Source: Fidelibacterota bacterium
GTDB lineage: Bacteria; Fidelibacterota; UBA8477; JABMPR01
Assembly: GCA_016784545.1 (NCBI GenBank)
Contig: JADHUM010000007.1
Coordinates: forward strand, 1,582-65,581
Length of the DNA stretch: 64,000 nt
Direction of reading: 5' to 3'
Shown here piece by piece: positions 44,490-54,409 of this stretch (positions are counted from its first letter, which is position 1; each line of letters begins with the position of its first letter). Below the pieces are notes generated by a model. That model made no database searches and was not told where the DNA came from. It was given only the letters and a program-made list of their open reading frames with translations. The position numbers were made by a program, and so were the translations under genes.

Positions 44490-45758
44490 TTGATCCTGGA
44501 GTTATGTATGAAAAAATCCAATTTCCATTTCGTACGTCAAATTAATGAAATCTCAGTATTGCGTATTGTTCGTGATGAAGGACCTATTTCCAGATCTGAA
44601 GTCGCACGTAGAATGGGCGTTTCAAAAGTGATCATTGGCGGTATTGTTCGCCGTTTACTTGGAACCAATATTCTTTTTGAGATCGGCAAAGGGGAATCCA
44701 CTGTTCAGGGTGGCAGAAGACCTGTGATGTTGGAGTTTAATGCCGATGCAGGTCTGGCAGTTGGAATAGAAATACATTTACATCGCGCCACCTTACTCAT
44801 CACCAATATGAATGCAGAAATATTACATGAAGGCGTGGTGAATTTTAACAACAACACCAACCCCAAAGCCATTTTGACCCGAATAACCAAATCTGTTGAG
44901 AAAATGGTTGGTGATGAAGAGAAGATGAAATCGATTCTGGGTGTTGGTATTGCTTTACCAGGACTCATAGATTACGAGAACGGTTCTATTCTATCCACCC
45001 ACTCCTTGAAAGCCTGGGAAGGTTTTCCCATTAAATCGTACTTTGAAGAATCTCTGGACACAAAAATCTATATGGAGAATGACGTAAAGGCCATCACACT
45101 GGGTGAATACCATTGGGGCGCCGGCCAGCAGGCAAAGAATGTTGTCTATATATGGCTTGGTGAAGGAATAGGGGCTGGAATCATTATCAACGGTGACATT
45201 TATCGTGGTATTACTTCCTCTGCCGGTGAAGTTGGTTATACCGAAATATCTGCCCGTGGGATTAATCGCGGCAAATATCCAATCCTTTATCAGGATCAAC
45301 GCCGTTTTGGTGAGATTCTGACCACGCCACACTTAGAGTTTTCCATGCAACAGGCTGTAAGTGCAAATGGACGAATGACGACCCTTAGGAACACTGAAAT
45401 CAATCTTCAAAGCATTGCCACCGCTGCAAAAGATGATGATCCTCTCGCACTGGATGCCCTCAATGAGTTCGGTGAAATACTTGGTATTCTCACGATTGGT
45501 GTGATCAATTTCTTTAATCCTGAATTGATTATCATGGGTGGACCCGTCATTGACAAGTGTCCCATGGTACTTGACGCCGCAGTGCGGTGTGCCAAGGCAG
45601 ATGTCCTGATGATTCCTGCTGAAGTAGTGCAAATTAAAGCGGGTGCATTGAAGAATCGAGCCGGAACCCTGGGTGCAGTGGGAATGGTCCTTCAGGATTT
45701 ATTTAAACCACCAATTGTAAATCTGGCAACCTACCGGTCGCTGATTTTACCAGAATAA
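44490..45758 (+). CDS. ROK-family transcriptional regulator (NagC/Mlc-like).
   Basis: An N-terminal winged HTH (NEISVLRIVRDEGPISRSEVARRMGVSKVI) is followed by an ROK sugar-kinase-like fold (GIALPGLID, GEVGY). The start is possibly at the downstream MKKSNF. Confidence 0.7.
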   Translation: MILELCMKKSNFHFVRQINEISVLRIVRDEGPISRSEVARRMGVSKVIIGGIVRRLLGTNILFEIGKGESTVQGGRRPVMLEFNADAGLAVGIEIHLHRATLLITNMNAEILHEGVVNFNNNTNPKAILTRITKSVEKMVGDEEKMKSILGVGIALPGLIDYENGSILSTHSLKAWEGFPIKSYFEESLDTKIYMENDVKAITLGEYHWGAGQQAKNVVYIWLGEGIGAGIIINGDIYRGITSSAGEVGYTEISARGINRGKYPILYQDQRRFGEILTTPHLEFSMQQAVSANGRMTTLRNTEINLQSIATAAKDDDPLALDALNEFGEILGILTIGVINFFNPELIIMGGPVIDKCPMVLDAAVRCAKADVLMIPAEVVQIKAGALKNRAGTLGAVGMVLQDLFKPPIVNLATYRSLILPE

Positions 45759-45778
45759 TTTATAGATTTAAATAGTGC

Positions 45779-46510
45779 CTACTTGGAAGATCGGGAAATC
45801 TGGTCTCTAAGTATGGCTGCTTCCTCATAATTTTCAGAAAGTAAAGCCATCTGCAGCTCAATTTCGAGCTTTTCCTGAACCGGTAACTCAGAGGGAACCC
45901 CATCATCAGTGATGCGATGCTGCAATTCACGAAGTTGAAAAATTTCAGGACTTAAATCTGGTTGAGGATCCTCAAGAACATTTTTATAGACATGTTTGAT
46001 TTGACGAACACCTGCTTTTAATATTCTCAAGGCTTCCGTTTTATCGTCCACTTCAAGTTTTAACATGGTTTTAGCAGAAGTATTCATCATCATCACATAG
46101 GGTCGATGCTGTTGACTTGTGATATTCTCTACAGCTCCAGCATAATTGGCGATGACGTTGAGGATATCAAGATTGTGGCGGGTATCACGAATGACACCAC
46201 GGTAGTCCTTCAATTGATGGAGACTGAGATAGCGATGGTAGAACTGCAACCCCTCTTGTCTCAAGTTGAAGGATTGTCGCGGATCAAGGGTGAATTCTTT
46301 TTCCTTGGCAGCCAAGGAGCGGTAATAGTCCAGGTAAGAGTCAAAACCTTCAGGATGATAGCCATCTGGTCTACCGGTGTATTCCATCTGGATAAGACCA
46401 AGATCAACCCGCATCTGAACGAGTTGTCTACCATCTTTAGCCTTAATTATTCTAGCACTAACCGTGAGGGGATCAAATGGCCATTCGCTTAATATCTTAC
46501 TAATATCCAT
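45779..46510 (-). CDS. Hypothetical protein with a C-terminal UVR (UvrB/UvrC-type) motif.
   Basis: 243 aa. The C-terminus LSENYEEAAILRDQISR matches the UVR domain consensus. The rest is uncharacterised. Confidence 0.4.
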   Translation of the reverse strand: MDISKILSEWPFDPLTVSARIIKAKDGRQLVQMRVDLGLIQMEYTGRPDGYHPEGFDSYLDYYRSLAAKEKEFTLDPRQSFNLRQEGLQFYHRYLSLHQLKDYRGVIRDTRHNLDILNVIANYAGAVENITSQQHRPYVMMMNTSAKTMLKLEVDDKTEALRILKAGVRQIKHVYKNVLEDPQPDLSPEIFQLRELQHRITDDGVPSELPVQEKLEIELQMALLSENYEEAAILRDQISRSSK

Positions 46511-46637
46511 GGCCGTTAATTAAATCGGAATATGCTTGATCTCCAATGCTTAGATATCTACTGAATGAAAATGTTTCTCATGGTACCCCTGGGGAGAAGT
46601 TGCTTTCTCTCAGGGACAATCGAGCTATCTTGATCCC

Positions 46638-47576
46638 ATGAATGCACATTTACACAATCGAGAAATTATATTGTTGGGTCTGGCCCCTGTCACTGATGAA
46701 GTCAAAGGAATGTGGCACAATGGCTATCCTGTTCATCAGGGCGAAACAGAATCCAGCATGAATTTCGCCACGCTATATGCCCAGGAGCATGGGATTGTGC
46801 CGGATCAAAACTTGCTCAGGCAAGAGTGGCTGAACTTTATTGATACGCTGTTGACTGCCGGCTTCCACCTCCATATTGTACCTTTTCCAGATGAGTTGAA
46901 TCAACCTGATAGTCTCTACCATGATGCTGTCTTTATTAGAGATGGGGGAATGATATTCAGGGGTATCTGGATTAAAAGTCGCTTTAGTGTGAAAGATCGG
47001 ATCTATGAGGGCGAATTTCATACAAAACTAATTGAAGCCAAGCTCGGGAAGACGGTGGTTACCCTGCCTGAAGGCGCTCTCCTGGAGGGTGGAGATATTA
47101 ATTATCTGGAAACCAGTCATGGAAGTTACTATTTCGGCGGTCTATCTCGTTCAAACAAAGCAGGTCATGATTTTGTACGCAGCATTATTCGTCCCGATCA
47201 TTATATCCTGGTGGAATCCCAAGGCTACCATCTTGACACTGTTTTCACACCAGTGGTTTCCGTGGACAATGAAATGAAGGCTGTGATTGTAACGGCTGAT
47301 ATGCTCGATAATAAAAGCATGGATGCAATCCGTTCGCTGGGTGTCAAGGTTATGGAAGTTTCTCTGTTAGACTCATCTGGTATTGAAGACGAATTGGGCG
47401 ACTATGCTGTCAATGCACTCATTGCTCCTGGGATTATGGTGAACAGTAGCAGATTTTCAACCCCTGGCATCGAAGAACAACTTGCTGAGATGGGCATTCA
47501 GAGGTATGTGACACCCCTGACCAGCTTTCGATATGCCGGTGGTTCGGTACACTGTTTAACCAACGAAGTATACTAG
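46638..47576 (+). CDS. Amidinotransferase-superfamily enzyme (DDAH / arginine deiminase-like).
   Basis: 312 aa. The C-terminus GGSVHCLTNEVY carries the catalytic Cys in the GG-x-x-HC-x-T context of the guanidino-group-modifying enzyme fold. Confidence 0.55.
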   Translation: MNAHLHNREIILLGLAPVTDEVKGMWHNGYPVHQGETESSMNFATLYAQEHGIVPDQNLLRQEWLNFIDTLLTAGFHLHIVPFPDELNQPDSLYHDAVFIRDGGMIFRGIWIKSRFSVKDRIYEGEFHTKLIEAKLGKTVVTLPEGALLEGGDINYLETSHGSYYFGGLSRSNKAGHDFVRSIIRPDHYILVESQGYHLDTVFTPVVSVDNEMKAVIVTADMLDNKSMDAIRSLGVKVMEVSLLDSSGIEDELGDYAVNALIAPGIMVNSSRFSTPGIEEQLAEMGIQRYVTPLTSFRYAGGSVHCLTNEVY

Positions 47577-47743
47577 CGTTAAGCTCAGGAGACTGAGCCC
47601 CTCGAAGACGCTCATCCCACTATTCCGTTGAACATTTCGACCAGTCTTCACTCCACCCGCCACCGAGGGCGGGGTTCAAGCTACGACTTGGCAGGCAAGC
47701 TCAATGTCCGGTTGAGTGACACTCCATTTTAAAGAATAAAAAA

Positions 47744-47764
47744 AGACCGGTGAAGCACCGGTCT
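47744..47764 (-). terminator. Rho-independent terminator of rpsT.
   Basis: On the minus strand the hairpin AGACCGGTG-CTT-CACCGGTCT is followed immediately by TTTTTTTAT. It lies 45 nt downstream of the rpsT stop. Confidence 0.75.
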
Positions 47765-47808
47765 AAATAACGCTATAATCGAAACGACTATAAAATGTGA
47801 GAAGCGTC

Positions 47809-48063
47809 TTAGGAAAAGGTGGCCATATGTTTGGCAACACGCGATTTCTGGTTAGCAGCTTTGTTCTTATGGATAATTCCGGTAGCGGCTACTTTGTCAA
47901 TCACTGCGATGGCAGAACGACCGAGAGCAGTTGCGTTCTCGGCATTGTCTGTAGCCATGGCTTTTTTGATAGCGCTTTTCATCAATGAATTATAATGCTT
48001 ATTGCGTATACGAGCTTTATCAGCTTGTCTGATACGTTTTGCGATGGTCTTTTTTACAGGCAT
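47809..48063 (-). CDS. rpsT: 30S ribosomal protein S20.
   Basis: 84 aa, basic, with MPVKKTIAKRIRQADKARIRNKHYNSLMKSAIKK typical of S20. Confidence 0.85.
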   Translation of the reverse strand: MPVKKTIAKRIRQADKARIRNKHYNSLMKSAIKKAMATDNAENATALGRSAIAVIDKVAATGIIHKNKAANQKSRVAKHMATFS

Positions 48064-48335
48064 ATTTCTTCTTTCTCCTCAAAAATGCCCGCGAATATAG
48101 ATGCGCATCACACCTCTGTCAACGCTTTAAGTAGAAATAAAAATCAAGCATTTGCATAGCTTTCTGCCAGAGTGAAGTGCGTGAATTAATTTTCTAATTT
48201 GAAAATTCTGTTTTTGCTTTGACCCATTTCCTCCTACTTTATTGAATAATTAACAATGTTGTTTTAAATGGGTTTTAGATATCATGGACGGAACTCAAAA
48301 ATTTTGACGAAGTCGTCACTCAGGAGGAGAACAGG

Positions 48336-49040
48336 ATGAGCGATCGGTTAGAAGAAATCAAAGATTCTTTAAGGATGGTTCCTCTATTCTCTGATCTAAA
48401 CGACAAAGTGTTAACACATCTGGCCGAGGTCTGCCAGGAGAAAACCTACGACAAAGATCAGCATATACTCCATCAGGAGCAGTCCGGTGACAACTTTTTT
48501 GTAATTGAGACCGGTTCTGTAAAGGTTACTCGTCTGGCTGAAGATGGACGTGAAGCGGTTCTGGCCTTCCTGCGCGAGGGAGATTTCTTTGGGGAGCTGG
48601 CGATTCTGGACGGTGAAACAAGATCAGCAAATGTGATAACATTAACTGAATGCAAAATCCAAACCATCAATCGTCGCGAATTTTTAGATCTTCTGGAACA
48701 TCACCCGTCAGTTGCTACCGCCCTGCTCATGGAATTGGCCTTGCGTCTTCGAAAAACTGACATGCACCTGGAATATCTGACACTTAGTGATGCAGAGGGT
48801 AAGATTGCATCTATACTCATCGGTTTGGCTGAAGAAAACGGAACCTATAAAATGGGAGACGTCACCCTTGGGAACATGCCCATGCAGCAGGATATTGCCA
48901 ACATGGCTGGAACCACACGCGAAACGGTTTCACGTATGATGAAAAAATTAGAAGAGAAGCACTGGCTTACTCGTGATGGACAAAAGGTGATTATCCGTAA
49001 ATACAGTAAGTTCAAGGAAATTTATCAGCTCAAATTCTGA
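48336..49040 (+). CDS. Crp/Fnr-family transcriptional regulator.
   Basis: It has a cNMP-binding beta-roll (FGELAILDGETRSANV) and a C-terminal HTH (TRETVSRMMKKLEEK). No Fnr-type N-terminal Cys cluster is present. Confidence 0.75.
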   Translation: MSDRLEEIKDSLRMVPLFSDLNDKVLTHLAEVCQEKTYDKDQHILHQEQSGDNFFVIETGSVKVTRLAEDGREAVLAFLREGDFFGELAILDGETRSANVITLTECKIQTINRREFLDLLEHHPSVATALLMELALRLRKTDMHLEYLTLSDAEGKIASILIGLAEENGTYKMGDVTLGNMPMQQDIANMAGTTRETVSRMMKKLEEKHWLTRDGQKVIIRKYSKFKEIYQLKF

Positions 49041-49051
49041 TCTTACTTCCC

Positions 49052-49993
49052 ATGAAAATTGATCTAAACGGAATATTAGATTCCAAGCGCCTGGCCATTT
49101 CCCGGGCGCTTTCATATGTAGAAAATGCCGATAATCTGGACATGGCTATAACAGATGCTTTATTCAACCATCTGGGTCGTGCTTATCGTATCGGCGTTAC
49201 TGGACCCCCGGGGGCCGGGAAAAGCTCACTGGTCGATCGCATCATTACTTATTGGCGAAACCTGGACAAACGTATTGCTGTAATATCAGTTGATCCCACC
49301 AGTCCCTTTACTGGAGGTGCCATCCTGGGAGATAGAGTTCGTATGGGGCGTCACTATGCTGACAAAGGGGTTTTTATCAGGTCCATGGCCACGCGAGGCA
49401 GTCATGGCGGGTTGGCTCTCAGGGCCCAGGATGCTGCTGATATTTTCGATGCCGCGGGTTATGATGTTATTGTTTATGAGACAGTTGGAGTGGGTCAGGT
49501 GGAGTTGGATGTTGCCAAAGCGGCTGATACCACACTGGTTGTTCTCGTTCCAGAATCTGGAGATGATATTCAGGCCATGAAGGCGGGGCTCATGGAGATC
49601 GCAGATCTATTTATTATTAATAAAGCAGATAGACAGGGGGCCAATCAGGCTTTTGCACAGATACAATCCATGCTGGAAATGAGACATCCTGAAAAAGGGT
49701 TGTGGCCGCCCCAGGTCATCAAAACCAGTGCGCTCAAGGATGAAGGTATTTCAGCTTTGACAGACGCTCTGGCAGAACATCGCGAATTTTTAGATGAGCA
49801 CGGTATCATTCGTCAGAATTTCAGGGACAGAATCCGATTTAAGATCAAATCTCATATTGATGAAAATGTCCTCCACAGATTTTGGACCCAGGAGAGAAGG
49901 ATGCTATTGGATCAAGCAATGACTACTGAAAATGTCATGAGCATCTTGCCTGGAAAGATTGTGGATTCTCTATTGAAGGATGAAGCGAAGTAA
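49052..49993 (+). CDS. meaB: MeaB/ArgK-type G3E GTPase (methylmalonyl-CoA mutase-associated / LAO-AO transport ATPase).
   Basis: Walker A GVTGPPGAGKSS, then VIVYETVGVGQ, then NKAD. Confidence 0.75.
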   Translation: MKIDLNGILDSKRLAISRALSYVENADNLDMAITDALFNHLGRAYRIGVTGPPGAGKSSLVDRIITYWRNLDKRIAVISVDPTSPFTGGAILGDRVRMGRHYADKGVFIRSMATRGSHGGLALRAQDAADIFDAAGYDVIVYETVGVGQVELDVAKAADTTLVVLVPESGDDIQAMKAGLMEIADLFIINKADRQGANQAFAQIQSMLEMRHPEKGLWPPQVIKTSALKDEGISALTDALAEHREFLDEHGIIRQNFRDRIRFKIKSHIDENVLHRFWTQERRMLLDQAMTTENVMSILPGKIVDSLLKDEAK

Positions 49994-50039
49994 AAGTGTA
50001 GTCGGATCAGATACCAAATGCCAGTTTGCCATTCAATAC

Positions 50040-50504
50040 CTATTCATCAACTTTAACATCCCAGTCTTGAAATAAGCCATCCTGGTTAAGGGAGCGGTGA
50101 AATTCCATAACAGTACCCCGGTGAACACCGATAAGATAGATGTAACCACCACCCTGGTAGTAATAGGAGTTTTCTGTGAAATTATTGCCATCCAACTCAC
50201 CCGGTTGGATGTTATGCCAATCCTGGGTCATAATTTGACCTAGGTCTTCAGTAGGGTATACACCCCACTCACCATAATAGGCTCGAACTTCGTTGCGTAT
50301 TGAACCCAATGCAGCCTCGCCTTCAGCTCTAACGGCTTTTTCAATACCACCCCGGTATATGGGAACTGCGACAGCTGCGAGGACACCAATGATCAGGATG
50401 ACTATCATAAGCTCCACCAGACTAAATCCAGCAATGGATGTATTTCGAGATACAATTGTATCCGGATAAGGTGGTTGATTCTTATGTGTGTAGCGACGAT
50501 TCAT
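50040..50504 (-). CDS. Prepilin-type (type IV pilin / T2SS pseudopilin) protein with an unusually long leader.
   Basis: The IAG-FSLVELMIVILIIGVLAAVAVP motif has a G before F and a Glu at +5. It is preceded by a ~26-aa leader with no alternative downstream start. No other pilus or T2SS genes are nearby. Confidence 0.55.
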   Translation of the reverse strand: MNRRYTHKNQPPYPDTIVSRNTSIAGFSLVELMIVILIIGVLAAVAVPIYRGGIEKAVRAEGEAALGSIRNEVRAYYGEWGVYPTEDLGQIMTQDWHNIQPGELDGNNFTENSYYYQGGGYIYLIGVHRGTVMEFHRSLNQDGLFQDWDVKVDE

Positions 50505-50706
50505 AATTAGCTAATAAAATAAGTCAGGCCATAGGGTAATTCAAATTCAATAATTCCAAATATTAATAGCAAAAGAATTCTCATTTCAAACTGAAAAAGG
50601 CAGTAAAGTTCACTCCGCATGGGAAAACTGCTGGGAGCACAGAATTGTTAGCATCTTCCGTCAATTGAGGTTTTTCTCACCTCTAATCCTTTTATCTTAA
50701 TCGACT

Positions 50707-51516
50707 ATGTCAAAAGTAAGCAATTCTGAAATGCCCCTGTTGGATCATCTGGAAGAGATGAGGTGGAGAGTAATTAAAGCCTTCAGCAGTATCCTCCTAT
50801 TTGCCATCATTGGTTTCATTTTTTCCAACCAACTCATATACATTTTGAGCATTCCCATTGAACAAACTGAACCCAAGCTGGAGTTGTTGAATACAACCAT
50901 CCTCGGCGTTTTCCTGGCTAAGATGCGTGTGGCAGTTGTCCTGGGTATTGTATTTTCTCTCCCCGTTATTATTCACCAGATTTGGAAGTTTATTGCACCG
51001 GGGCTTCTGGATGACGAGCGGTCATTTGCACCCATGCTCATTATCACCACCATCCTGAGCTTTGTTGTGGGTGGACTATTCTCATATTTTGTCATGATAC
51101 CCTGGTCGCTGAAGTTTTTTGCAGTATTGAATTACGGCCTCGAAGGCCTGGTTAACTATGTAACCATCACCGACTATCTCAACTATATCACCATTCTAAT
51201 TTTGTTTACAGGCATGGCCTTTGAACTTCCTGTCATTGTATTTATCCTGGCCAAGATCGGTATTGTGACTCCCAATATTTTGAGAAAAATTCGTCGCTTT
51301 GCATATCTCGGCATACTCATGGTTTCAGCTATTTTTACACCTGCTGATCCTTTTACCATGGTAGGGGTAGCCATGCCCATGATTCTCCTCTACGAAATCA
51401 GTATTTTTGTAGCCAAACTTGTGAAGCAAAAAAAGCAGGAAAAATCCGAGATGGAAGAAGTGGAATCTGAGGGAATAAATAAAGAGGACGAGTTGCTTGA
51501 AGATTTCCTTGGATGA
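50707..51516 (+). CDS. tatC: Twin-arginine translocase subunit TatC.
   Basis: The N-terminus MPLLDHLEEMRWRVIKAF matches the TatC consensus. It has six TM helices. No tatA ORF of 60 aa or more is adjacent. Confidence 0.8.
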   Translation: MSKVSNSEMPLLDHLEEMRWRVIKAFSSILLFAIIGFIFSNQLIYILSIPIEQTEPKLELLNTTILGVFLAKMRVAVVLGIVFSLPVIIHQIWKFIAPGLLDDERSFAPMLIITTILSFVVGGLFSYFVMIPWSLKFFAVLNYGLEGLVNYVTITDYLNYITILILFTGMAFELPVIVFILAKIGIVTPNILRKIRRFAYLGILMVSAIFTPADPFTMVGVAMPMILLYEISIFVAKLVKQKKQEKSEMEEVESEGINKEDELLEDFLG

Positions 51517-52474
51517 TCTCCTGCGGCCTATTCAGGCTGAGTTGAATAGTTTTCAGCATTATTTTGAGAATTCTCTCAAATCTCATGTTTTTCTAATTAA
51601 TCAGGTCATGAAATATGTCATCGCCCAAAAGGGAAAAAAAATGCGCCCCATGCTTTTGTTGCTTTCAGCCAGGCTGAGCGGGGAATGCACAGAACAGACC
51701 TATTCTGCCGCCACGCTGGTAGAGGTATTGCATACTGCAACCCTGGTCCACGATGATGTTGTGGATGAAGCTGAAACCAGACGGGGTCTTCCCAGCATCA
51801 ATTCAATCTGGCGTAATAAGATCAGCGTGCTCATTGGTGATTATCTCTTTTCAAAAGCTTTGGTAAAAATGGTCGCTCTAAAACATCCTGAGATGCTTGA
51901 GCTTCTGGCAAATACGGCTGACAAATTGGTGACAGGTGAAATTGACCAGATCGACCGTGCTCGCTCTGACACCATGACAGAGGAAGCTTATTATGCCATG
52001 ATTGAGGATAAAACTGCTTCCCTCCTGGCAACGGGATGTAAACTGGGTGCTATGACCACATCAAGTGACCAGAAGGTCTGGGATGCCCTCTATGAATATG
52101 GCAGAAACTTTGGTATTGCCTTTCAAATCAAAGACGATTTATTCGATTTTGAAGGTCGAGCTTCATCTGTGGGAAAACCCATTGGTCTGGATGTTAAACA
52201 CAACATGGTAACCTTACCCTTGATACATGCGTTGCAGCAGTGCAACAAACAGGAACAACGTGAATTCAAACGGTTGATCAAAAAGGGTGGTGACAAAGTC
52301 ATCCAGCAAAATGTCCTGGAGTTCATTAATCGCTTTGGGGGACTGGAATACACCAAACAAAAACTTCAGGACTATTCTGACAAGGCCAAAGCCACGCTAA
52401 GCGGTTTCCCTGATTCACCTGTCAAACACTCTATGATTCAGTTTATCGATTTCAATATTCAACGAGAGAAATAA
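51497..52474 (+). CDS. ispB: Polyprenyl diphosphate synthase (IspB-like, trans-type).
   Basis: First DDxxD motif LVHDDVVDE and second IAFQIKDDLFDF. The annotated start overlaps tatC by 20 bp, so the real start is possibly a downstream Met. Confidence 0.8.
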   Translation: MKISLDDLLRPIQAELNSFQHYFENSLKSHVFLINQVMKYVIAQKGKKMRPMLLLLSARLSGECTEQTYSAATLVEVLHTATLVHDDVVDEAETRRGLPSINSIWRNKISVLIGDYLFSKALVKMVALKHPEMLELLANTADKLVTGEIDQIDRARSDTMTEEAYYAMIEDKTASLLATGCKLGAMTTSSDQKVWDALYEYGRNFGIAFQIKDDLFDFEGRASSVGKPIGLDVKHNMVTLPLIHALQQCNKQEQREFKRLIKKGGDKVIQQNVLEFINRFGGLEYTKQKLQDYSDKAKATLSGFPDSPVKHSMIQFIDFNIQREK

Positions 52475-52478
52475 ACCC

Positions 52479-53135
52479 ATGAAGTGCCACATTAAGGTCA
52501 ATAATCTGGCACTCACGTATCGCTGGAAATCATTTCAAAAACCTATATTTAAGGATTTGAATCTATGTATTCCTGCAGGTGCATTCGTCACGCTATTTGG
52601 TTCGAATGGCAGTGGCAAAAGCAGCCTGGTTAAGCTCATTCTTGGATTGGAAACACCACAATCAGGTGTGATACTCATCAATGACGAAAGGGTTAGGTTT
52701 GGATATCCCGATGGCCTGAAGCAGAATCAAATTTCCTATTTATCCCAACAGATAGAGGACCTTTTTTTCTCAGAAACGGTGGCTGAAGAACTGCAATATC
52801 AGGGGGATCGCCGTGCCGATCCACAGTTCCAAGATATTATCCAATCCCTGGGTTTGGAAACACTCATGGATAGAAGCGTGGAAAGTCTATCTGGCGGAGA
52901 AATGCAATCCCTGGCTCTGGCTCAGTTCATGACCCAAGATGCACCCCTGTTAATACTGGACGAGCCCAGCTCGTATCTGGATCGAGGGAAGGCAGCACTG
53001 CTTAAGGCTTTCCTGGTAAAAACCCATCTATCTGGAAAAACAATTTTGCATGTCACTCAATTTTCCTCGGAGCTCGAGTGGGGAACCCATGCCATCGATT
53101 TAGATAAAACCAATGTGGACCTGGTTGCCTTATGA
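52479..53135 (+). CDS. ABC transporter ATP-binding protein (first of a tandem pair, EcfA-like).
   Basis: Walker A GSNGSGKSS, signature LSGGEMQS, Walker B LILDEPSSYLD. Confidence 0.7.
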   Translation: MKCHIKVNNLALTYRWKSFQKPIFKDLNLCIPAGAFVTLFGSNGSGKSSLVKLILGLETPQSGVILINDERVRFGYPDGLKQNQISYLSQQIEDLFFSETVAEELQYQGDRRADPQFQDIIQSLGLETLMDRSVESLSGGEMQSLALAQFMTQDAPLLILDEPSSYLDRGKAALLKAFLVKTHLSGKTILHVTQFSSELEWGTHAIDLDKTNVDLVAL

Positions 53136-53794
53136 GCCTTTCAATTCCAGCATTGAGCAAGAAATATAAAGACAATCAGACCTTTGAGTTGGATTCTCAT
53201 AAATTCACGCTGGGTGGTGATGGATATGTATGCCTGATAGGAAACAATGGATCTGGAAAAAGCACCTTCGGAGAAACTCTGGCTGAGGTATCTGCTGATG
53301 CTCCTGGAGAAAAGTGGTATTATTTACCCCAGCATCTTGACCGTTTCCTATTCGCCGAAAACGTAAGCGAACAGCTGAGCGCTTTACTCTCTCAGGAAAT
53401 AAACCGGCCAAAATTGATCCGTCTTATTGAAGAGCTTGGATTTTCCCATGGAGAAGGAATGCTTGATTTTCCATTTCTGCTCATGAGTGGGGGAGAACGC
53501 CGTCGCATGGCATTGGTTTGCGTATTTTATCTCGAACCGGTCCGTTTGATCCTTGACGAACCAGAGATTGGTGTGATGGCAAAAGAAAACATGGTGCTTC
53601 TATCAAAATTACATAATTTGACAGCCAAGAATGCGAGGGTTATCGTCATCTCGCATAATGCTGATTTTGTAAGAGAATCATCGGATATCATCTGTCTGAT
53701 GAATGGCAAAATTGCCAGAGTGGGCAGTACTCAGGATCTGATGTTTGACCCCCTCTTTAAATTAGATGAATATGGAGTCAGGTTTAGTCAATAA
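53132..53794 (+). CDS. ABC transporter ATP-binding protein (second of the tandem pair; degenerate motifs).
   Basis: Walker A GNNGSGKST, signature MSGGERRR, Walker B LILDEPEIGV. It overlaps the preceding gene by 4 bp. Confidence 0.65.
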   Translation: MSLSIPALSKKYKDNQTFELDSHKFTLGGDGYVCLIGNNGSGKSTFGETLAEVSADAPGEKWYYLPQHLDRFLFAENVSEQLSALLSQEINRPKLIRLIEELGFSHGEGMLDFPFLLMSGGERRRMALVCVFYLEPVRLILDEPEIGVMAKENMVLLSKLHNLTAKNARVIVISHNADFVRESSDIICLMNGKIARVGSTQDLMFDPLFKLDEYGVRFSQ

Positions 53795-54373
53795 ATGGTA
53801 AATTATGCATCCATGAAAAAGTTTTTTACCGCTGCCAATGTGACCTCAGTGGCCAGGGCTTTTATGGTCTTTCCTCTTGTGTATTTGTTGAATACATGGG
53901 AAGGAGGAATTGCAGAGTTTCCCATGTGGGCCGTATTCTGGATCATTATGGCCATGTTCTCAGATTATCTGGATGGCTGGTTTGCACGTTCCTACCACGA
54001 AGTGAGTCGCTTTGGGAAATTCCTTGATCCAATGGCAGACAAGATTGTTGTTTTTGGTGTGCTCTTCTTTGCAAAACCAATCTCTCAGGCAATCCCAGGC
54101 TGGTTTGTGGCTTTTATCGTGCTTAGAGAGCTATTAATATTTGGTTTGGGATATTATGTTAGCAAGGATTCAAGGCGTGAAATGCAAGCCAATCGTACAG
54201 GCAAATGGTCCATATTCCTCACCAGTATCACCTTCATCCTCATGATATTTGACCTCTATCCATGGGCTGAATATTTACTATATCTTACTGTTCTCATTGG
54301 ATCCATCTCCTTGGTGTTATATCTGAAACGTTATTACCATCTTTATCAGGTTGATGTTAAGAATCCCTCGTAA
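53795..54373 (+). CDS. CDP-alcohol phosphatidyltransferase (PgsA-like).
   Basis: DYLDGWFARSYHEVSRFGKFLDPMADK matches D-x2-DG-x2-AR-x8-G-x3-D-x3-D. It has multiple TM helices. Confidence 0.75.
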   Translation: MVNYASMKKFFTAANVTSVARAFMVFPLVYLLNTWEGGIAEFPMWAVFWIIMAMFSDYLDGWFARSYHEVSRFGKFLDPMADKIVVFGVLFFAKPISQAIPGWFVAFIVLRELLIFGLGYYVSKDSRREMQANRTGKWSIFLTSITFILMIFDLYPWAEYLLYLTVLIGSISLVLYLKRYYHLYQVDVKNPS

Positions 54374-54409
54374 CGCCTCGACCATAATTATTAAGTAAAG
54401 TGTTAACAT

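Noticed and set aside
51497-51516. The 20-bp overlap between tatC and ispB as a possible frameshift or fusion.
   Set aside because: Both proteins are full length with their own N-terminal motifs. The overlap most likely reflects an over-extended ispB start, with a downstream Met available.
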